Below are positions 57,971-64,000 of a stretch of DNA of 64,000 nt, one piece after another. Position 1 is the stretch's first letter. Every line of letters begins with the position of its first letter. This stretch comes from a virus. The notes below the pieces were generated by a model. It was not told where the DNA came from and ran no database searches. It saw only the letters and a program-made list of their open reading frames with translations. The stretch is taken from positions 1-64,000 of IMG/VR virus record IMGVR_UViG_3300035670_000033; one strand, given 5' to 3'. Made by a program: the position numbers and the translations under genes.

Positions 57971-58803
57971 TAGTAGGTGTACTTTCCTTCTAACAAACGG
58001 TTGAACTCCTCGCCGTAATACTTGAACGAGTGTGATGAACTGTCCTCTAGTTCTAGATCGTTGTTGTCAACGCCTAGTTCAAGAATCAGGACGCTGTCCG
58101 AATCCATTCCGTCACGACCGAGGACGCTTACTTCTGTCTCGCCGTCCATCCAATCCACCCGTGTGTGGTGGTGTCCACAGATGTGAAACTGTGGTGTCAC
58201 TTTGTCAAGGATTTCCTTGACGAGATGTCGTTGTGCGATAGATACTTGGATGTCGTCCTTGTATGTGATCTTGTTCCCATTGTCGTACGGTGCTTCGTGT
58301 GTCATCAGGATGTCAACGGGTTCGTTGCTAAGTAGATCAACATCAAACGGGTTGATGAGTTCACCTCTCCACCATGAGTCACCTTCTACACGGTCTAACC
58401 AATCCACCGAGTACGCACCGCCATAACCCATGAAGGTTGTTTCTCCGATTTGGAAACGACATCCACGAGGAATGTATTGCAACCATTCGCTAGGTGTTGG
58501 GATTGGGTTGTTCTTTCCGTACTTGTCGGTGAGGTCACGAAGTAGATCATGATTTTCGTGGTTGCCGTCAATCCAAAGGAACTTGATTTGTGCTTCCTCT
58601 GCGAGTTTTGCTACACGATTCACGAACTGCTTGCCAAATGGACGGTGTACCCAATATCCGAAGTCTCCGACTGAGATGATGTGTGTGACATCGTTCTTTT
58701 TTGCGTGCGAGATTACCCACTCTGCGTGCCCGATGTTTCCGTGGATGTCGCCTGCGAACATGACGATCTGTTTAGTTTGTTTAGTGTTTTCTAGTTGTTT
58801 CAT
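57970..58803 (-). CDS. Metallophosphoesterase
   Basis: GDIHG, VGDFG, DGNHE, THEAP and GHHH motifs. Confidence 0.9.
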   Translation of the reverse strand: MKQLENTKQTKQIVMFAGDIHGNIGHAEWVISHAKKNDVTHIISVGDFGYWVHRPFGKQFVNRVAKLAEEAQIKFLWIDGNHENHDLLRDLTDKYGKNNPIPTPSEWLQYIPRGCRFQIGETTFMGYGGAYSVDWLDRVEGDSWWRGELINPFDVDLLSNEPVDILMTHEAPYDNGNKITYKDDIQVSIAQRHLVKEILDKVTPQFHICGHHHTRVDWMDGETEVSVLGRDGMDSDSVLILELGVDNNDLELEDSSSHSFKYYGEEFNRLLEGKYTY

Positions 58804-58810
58804 ATATATA

Positions 58811-58839
58811 AGTATATACCCGTAAGGTTATATTGTCAA
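58811..58839 (-). promoter_or_regulatory. Sigma-A promoter TTGACA-N17-TATACT
   Basis: Directly upstream of 57970..58803, probably a leaderless or short-leader transcript. Confidence 0.75.
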
Positions 58840-58904
58840 CCCCACAAATGCCCTATTTTTAGCGGTTTTCAGTGATATATCCCGAAGTAAGGTAGTGTAT
58901 TCAT

Positions 58905-59704
58905 ATGGCTGAAACCCCCACCCCACAAGAACTAATCTCCCGAATGCCCGAGGATTTCGTTGACTTGGTAGGTCGCTTTATCTCCGACCCCGATATAAAC
59001 ACCGACCACCTTGATGTCCAAGAACTAATGCCTGCACCACCGTGTGTAGCGTTGATTGCCAACCATTTGGGTCTAGAAAAGGAGCCACTCGGGACTGCTG
59101 AGTTGGATCAGGCTAAAGCGTGGCTAGACGAACAAGCATCTTGGCAGGACAGGTCTTTTGCGGTTCAAAAGAAACTCGCAGAAACAGCCCCCTTCGGCGA
59201 ACAAGAAGCACTAAAAGGCGAAATCCCTTTGTGGATGAACGCAAAATGGGCTCCGATGCTGTTATTTCAGTGGTCAGACGGATTGCGTGACGCAGTTCTA
59301 CAAGCAGAAGAATATGTGGAAGAGGTTCTATGAGCGACATCAACGACAACTTGGAAGTAGCGATGAACAAAGTCGCAGAAGACTTGACTCCCACCCGATC
59401 GCGTGCGGTTGGGAAAAAGAAAAAAAGCGAAGACGGGACTGAACTTTCTTCAACAGCACAAGAACAGGTTTTGTTCCGTGCAACAACTGAAGACAAACAA
59501 AAGTGGGAGGAATGCGCCAAACATTTGGGTATTTCTATGGCTGAGTTCCTTCGTGTTTCCGCAAACGAAAAGGTTGATAACACGATGAAAGGGTGCGAGC
59601 ATCCGCTTTCTTTCCGTCGTTCATTTCCGTGGATGGAAGAATGCTTGAAGTGTGGTGTTCGCCTCCGCAACGAAGATCAAACAAATCATCAAAACCGTCG
59701 CTAA
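58905..59704 (+). CDS. Two hypothetical genes (58905..59333; 59330..59704, RHH-like)
   Basis: Coupled ORFs; the second has VLFRATTEDKQKWEECA.HLGISMAEFLR. Confidence 0.55.
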
Positions 59705-59707
59705 GCA

Positions 59708-60061
59708 ATGAAGCCCCGCAAACCACTAAAACGAACTCCTCTCAAACGATCAACTAAGCCGATCAAACAGAAGTCGGATAAACGGTTGGTTGCTGATGTG
59801 GATAGGCGCATCTTTGTTGCGATGATGCTGAACAAACATCCGTATTGTGTTGCGTGTCCTGTGTTCGCTGAACATGATGGTCTTGTTGCTTATGTGCGTC
59901 GCCCGTCTCAGGATATTCATGAACTTATCCGTCGTTCTCAGGGTGGGTCTACTGTTAGTGAAACTAACTGTATTGCTGTGTGCCGTCCGTGTCATACCCG
60001 TATCGGCAATTTCCCTCAGTTGGCTTTTGATTTGGGGCTTGCTAAACACTCTTGGGAATAG
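59708..60061 (+). CDS. HNH-type endonuclease
   Basis: CVAC...DIHELIRRSQGG...NCIAVCRPCH. Confidence 0.75.
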   Translation: MKPRKPLKRTPLKRSTKPIKQKSDKRLVADVDRRIFVAMMLNKHPYCVACPVFAEHDGLVAYVRRPSQDIHELIRRSQGGSTVSETNCIAVCRPCHTRIGNFPQLAFDLGLAKHSWE

Positions 60062-60167
60062 CACCCGTAACACTATTTGCGTTTACGCCCGTGTCTGCGT
60101 TCGTGTTCAATGCCTAAACGATAAACCCATATTGCTAAAGCGATCAACGCTAAACCTGTAACGATGT

Positions 60168-60701
60168 TCATTGTGCTTTGCCTTTCTTGCAGAAGTCAAT
60201 GTATTTGGTCATCACGAAGTCTACGAACTCTGATCGTATGGTCGCTTCACCATCGTCAATCATGGTGAACTCAGGTAAACCACGGTCGTTGTAAACATAT
60301 TTGACACACTTACCTGCACTGCCCCCGTGATACCCGTAGGTCGCTACGGTCAATGCCTCTGAAACGGGTGTATCAGGGTTGTTCTTGTACTCTTTCTCTA
60401 GGTCGCCTCTCTGATAACCCGTGAGACTGTCTAACTTTTTGAGACGAACATAACTATCTACAACGATACTTACAGTGTCAAACTCATCTAAACCGTCATT
60501 GTATGCGTCACTCAACACTGTAGGTAGTGACTCAAATGGGTGACCATTGAGACCACTCTGACGACACTCAAATAGGTCGCCCTTTTGGAATACAACGAAT
60601 GACTGCATATCGGTTATGCCGTTGTCCTCTGTGCATATCTCTGTCTTGCGAAGTTGTGCGATCTTTGCGATCTTCTCTGCCTCTATGTCTATGTCCATCA
60701 C
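60168..60701 (-). CDS. Hypothetical protein
   Basis: 177-aa ORF. Confidence 0.55.
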   Translation of the reverse strand: MMDIDIEAEKIAKIAQLRKTEICTEDNGITDMQSFVVFQKGDLFECRQSGLNGHPFESLPTVLSDAYNDGLDEFDTVSIVVDSYVRLKKLDSLTGYQRGDLEKEYKNNPDTPVSEALTVATYGYHGGSAGKCVKYVYNDRGLPEFTMIDDGEATIRSEFVDFVMTKYIDFCKKGKAQ

Positions 60702-60940
60702 TTTACCCGTGTGCTCCTTTTTCGTTCAACGCTTAGACACGCCTTGTATGCCTCTTGCCTTGTGTCATGTGTAGACAACGGCATGTTGCCACACTGTGTG
60801 TCTATAACCAACCATTTAGTGGAAGGGTATCTGTCAGGTGATATGTCGTATCTGTAGTTCATAATGTTCCTACGAAAAGAATGATTAGTGCTATTGCCAT
60901 TGTTGCTATGCCTAGTAATGCATCAGTACTCATGTGTAAA

Positions 60941-60969
60941 ACTATATAACACTTACGAGTATATGTCAA
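60941..60969 (-). promoter_or_regulatory. Sigma-A promoter TTGACA-N17-TATAGT
   Basis: Read directly from the sequence. Confidence 0.7.
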
Positions 60970-60994
60970 GTATCACCCGAAACCACCCGTAGCA

Positions 60995-61213
60995 CTATTT
61001 CTCAACACACCACCTCAAACCCAAACCCCTACGCCTCGCATTAGCCTCCAACCTACGAGACCTCTCAGGCTCAGGCAACAACTCATACAAAGCAACACGC
61101 CTAGCATTCTTACGCTCACGCTCATACTCCCTACGCCTATCACGCTTAGCCTTCGTATCCTCACGATGACACCTTTGCCACTCCCTATGATCTTCAACAT
61201 TCTTATAAGGCAC
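60995..61213 (-). CDS. Small Arg/Glu-rich protein
   Basis: MPYKN.ED.REWQR motif, as in HNH-associated N-termini. Confidence 0.45.
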   Translation of the reverse strand: MPYKNVEDHREWQRCHREDTKAKRDRRREYERERKNARRVALYELLPEPERSRRLEANARRRGLGLRWCVEK

Positions 61214-61513
61214 AACTAACGACCTTTAGCAAACAATTTGTACACAGAAAACACAACAAAAGTAATCACAACAGACGCAACAACCTCTTGAAAATGCACA
61301 ACAAACACAAACCACAACAACTGCAACACCCAATACACGCCAACCATCACAAACAACAAAGGCACCAAAAACCTCACAACAAACAACCCCCCTCCAACAA
61401 CAGTAGGTTGCTAAGCGGGGCTGTCAACCTTTTGCACTCTCTCAGTAGCAGGGGGCGGTCATATGACATATTTTTTGGTTCCGTTTTGTTTTTTAGGTTT
61501 ATCTGACACGGGT

Positions 61514-61834
61514 CTATTGGGGTGGGGTTTGGTTGTGGTGGTGGATCATGTTTAGGCAGGTGAGGTATCCGATTGTGTCTAGGAGTGTGTCGTGGTGTAG
61601 TTGTCCTTGGTCTAGGTTGGTGCGTAGTCTTGCGAGTTTGACGGAGGTCATGAAGAGGATTGCTTGGTTGAGGGTGAGTTGGATTCCTGTGAGTGTTTCA
61701 AATATTTTGGTGACTTTTGTGTAGTCGTCTTTTGGGTGTCCGTATGTGTTTTGTCGGTCTTGGTTGACGATTTTGTAGGCTTCTTGGAGGATTTCGGTTC
61801 CGGGTGTGGGCGTATTTTTTTGTGTGTTGGTCAT
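61514..61834 (-). CDS. DUF6378-like (nucleotide pyrophosphohydrolase-like) protein
   Basis: ILQEAYKIVNQDRQNTYGHP...KLARL...HHDTLLDTIGY. Confidence 0.7.
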   Translation of the reverse strand: MTNTQKNTPTPGTEILQEAYKIVNQDRQNTYGHPKDDYTKVTKIFETLTGIQLTLNQAILFMTSVKLARLRTNLDQGQLHHDTLLDTIGYLTCLNMIHHHNQTPPQ

Positions 61835-61846
61835 GGTCGTTTAGGT

Positions 61847-62709
61847 TTATTTGGTCTGGGACTGTTGGGGTGCTGTTTTTGAATTTTTGCGCGGCGGTTT
61901 TGCCTTTTTTAGGGTTGCGCGTTTTTCTTTGATTTGTTTTTTGTTTTCTTCATAGAATTTGTCGTGGAAGTAGATTGATGTTTCTAATGCTTTTTCTATT
62001 CCTTTGAGTTGAGTCAATTTTTGAAATATGCGTTCGGTGTCTGGTGCGTCGCCTTTTTCTTGTAGGGTTTTTGCTAGTTGTTTTCGTTGTTCTGCTACTA
62101 GTGCGAGGAGCCCTTTCATTTGTGGTTCGTTGACATTGAGGGCATATATTTGTCGTTGTCTCATTTTTTGTCTTCCTATAGGTGTTTGAGTTGTTGTTCT
62201 TTTAGGGTGAGTCTTGGTCCGTAACCGTAGTCGGTTTTTTGGGCGTTTGCAAAAAAATGTTCGCGGGTTGTTCCGCCGATTATTTGGAATTGGGTGTTTG
62301 TGCCGATGTTTTCCCATTGGTTTTTGGGTTGGTTGCACCATACAACTATGCATTGTTCGGTGTCTGGTTTCCATAAACCGTATTTGCAGTGTTGGGGGTC
62401 GTTGATGATCAGGTCTTTTTGGGATGATGTTTTGATCTCTGTTTTTTTGTTGTTTATGGTGGTGTCAAAGCCGTTGTCTGCGCCTATATAGATTTCCCAA
62501 TCTATTTCGGTGTTGTAGTAGCGGGAGATGATTACTTCTCCTGCTTTTCCGAGCATGATGATGCCTTTTTCGGTGGCTCCTGCCGTGTATTTTCGGTCGG
62601 TTATTTGGTGTTCGTTTTTGTTTGCTTTGCAGAGGTCGGTGAATCTGCGTAGTTGTAGTACTTCTCGGGCGGTGAGGTGCATCAACGGATATTTAGTAGC
62701 GGTTTCCAT
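61847..62709 (-). CDS. Two hypothetical genes (61847..62164; 62176..62709, possible PD-(D/E)xK fold)
   Basis: The second has GFDTTI...TEIKTS. Confidence 0.5.
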
Positions 62710-62720
62710 CGCGTTGTAGT

Positions 62721-63440
62721 TTATCTAGCGGGGGACTGTTTTGCTATCTCCACATATTTTTCGTCTAGGTCGTATCCGATATATTTTCTGCCTAGTTTTT
62801 GGGCTGTTGTTGTGGTTGTCCCTATCCCATTGAAGGGGTCTAGGACGATGTCGTCGGGTTGTGTGGTGAGGAGGATGCAGTTTTCTACTAGTTGTGTTGG
62901 GAATGGTGCGGGGTGGATTGTTTGCCGTTGTGGTGATATGTCCCATATTTCGCCAAGATATTTGGGGTCTATGTTGTCACGGAATGTTTTCGGCTTGTCT
63001 TTGGATAGCCAGTAGATGTGTTCGGTGTTTGGGAGCAGGTGGTCTTTGCGTATGTTCGGACTGTTTTTGCGGTTCCATATGATCAGTTGATAGATGTGTG
63101 CGTTTGTTTTGTGAATAAATTCGGTGGGTAGCCGTGCTTGGTTGTTGTGTCGGCGTGGTTTGTGGTTAAAAAAGATGGATCCGTCGGGGGTGATCACTCG
63201 GTGTAGTTCGTTGATTATTTCTATAATCCACTCTTGATACATTTTTTCTGGCATGTTGTCGTGGTATTCGTTGTAGTCAATATTGTGTTTTTGCCAGATT
63301 TGGTTGCTGTTTTGTGTTTTGCCGTTTTGGATACCTTTTTTGTTGTATGGCGGGGATGTGACAACGGTGTTTATTGTGTTGTCTGAAAGTTTTTTGAGTT
63401 CTTGTAGGGCGTCACCACATTTTATGATGTCTGTTTCCAC
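62721..63440 (-). CDS. Beta-class amino-DNA methyltransferase (N4-C or N6-A)
   Basis: Motif IV VTSPPY near the N-terminus, HPAPFP, motif I VLDPFNGIGTT near the C-terminus. Confidence 0.92.
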   Translation of the reverse strand: METDIIKCGDALQELKKLSDNTINTVVTSPPYNKKGIQNGKTQNSNQIWQKHNIDYNEYHDNMPEKMYQEWIIEIINELHRVITPDGSIFFNHKPRRHNNQARLPTEFIHKTNAHIYQLIIWNRKNSPNIRKDHLLPNTEHIYWLSKDKPKTFRDNIDPKYLGEIWDISPQRQTIHPAPFPTQLVENCILLTTQPDDIVLDPFNGIGTTTTTAQKLGRKYIGYDLDEKYVEIAKQSPAR

Positions 63441-63450
63441 GCTGTTTAGT

Positions 63451-63957
63451 TTATCCAGCCTTGGACTGTTTTGCCTTACTTCCTAGCAACCCATTTATTC
63501 GTGCTAGTCGGCGTTGTTCTTTTTCTTGTTGTTCGCGTTTGGCTCTTCCAACATACATGAGTGCGTGTTCACCGCTTAACGTTATTTTGTACATGTTTTT
63601 GACATTAAAGTTCTGTGGGTCGTATGGTGCTTCTAGTTTTGTGATGTACCCAACTTTTGTTAAATGTTGTAGTGATGCATCTATTCGTGTTGGGTTCATT
63701 GCGTTTAAACAGAATTTGCGATAGTCGGGAACGGTGAATGGTTTTTTTCCTCTGAATTTTGCGTATGACAAAATTTTGTATGGGCTTTCCCCGTATTTCA
63801 GGAAGTTGGTTGGTTTTGTTAACGGTGTTTGTTTTATTCCCGATTTTTGTGATCTTTTTGAGTTGCGTCGTGCTTTTTGCGGTTCAGTTTTTTCGGGTTG
63901 TGTGTTCATCGCTGTTAATATATCTTCACCGATTGGAGGGCGCTTATGAAAAGGCAA
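63451..63957 (-). CDS. Putative winged-helix protein
   Basis: SLQHLTKVGYI...YKITLSGE wHTH-like pattern. Confidence 0.5.
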   Translation of the reverse strand: MPFHKRPPIGEDILTAMNTQPEKTEPQKARRNSKRSQKSGIKQTPLTKPTNFLKYGESPYKILSYAKFRGKKPFTVPDYRKFCLNAMNPTRIDASLQHLTKVGYITKLEAPYDPQNFNVKNMYKITLSGEHALMYVGRAKREQQEKEQRRLARINGLLGSKAKQSKAG

Positions 63958-64000
63958 AAAAATCCCAAAAAACGTTCAGTGAACAAAAGTGATGTTTCGG

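Overview
This 64 kb window is part of a large tailed-phage genome. The host is almost certainly actinobacterial: it encodes WhiB, an actinobacterial-type SSB and a single-cluster ferredoxin of a type I associate with Acidimicrobiia. No integrase, Cas, reverse transcriptase or rRNA gene is visible. Layout: (1) 1-10 kb, tail/fibre genes with several paralogous Gly-rich modules. (2) 9-17.4 kb, two convergent operons, each running from a Pro/Cys-rich fibre-like gene through small six-Cys proteins to 2OG-Fe(II) dioxygenases, with a GT61 glycosyltransferase on the minus arm. (3) 18-26 kb, a 1546-aa secreted membrane-anchored protein, the lysis region and a ferredoxin. (4) 26-32.6 kb, a clavaminate-synthase-like dioxygenase, a metallophosphoesterase, an HslV-like protease, WhiB and replication-initiation genes. 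(5) 32.5-51 kb, a mostly leftward block of about 40 small genes in short transcription units. (6) 51-64 kb, an SNF2 helicase, a D-arm-less tRNA(UAU)-like element, a transglycosylase, DUF932, SSB, an HNH nuclease and a DNA methyltransferase. The most striking unexplained structure is non-coding and lies in block 5. A strictly polarised 26-bp motif occurs 10 times plus one partial copy. An inverted pair AGCCCCGC-N15-GCGGGRCT occurs with exactly 15-nt spacing 7 times. GATC doublets recur, and 14 promoters share ACACCC-N6-TANNNT. These elements recur in a fixed order as a header in front of gene cassettes, which suggests an undescribed phage cis-regulatory or cassette system. All family assignments come from recalled sequence signatures; no database search was run.
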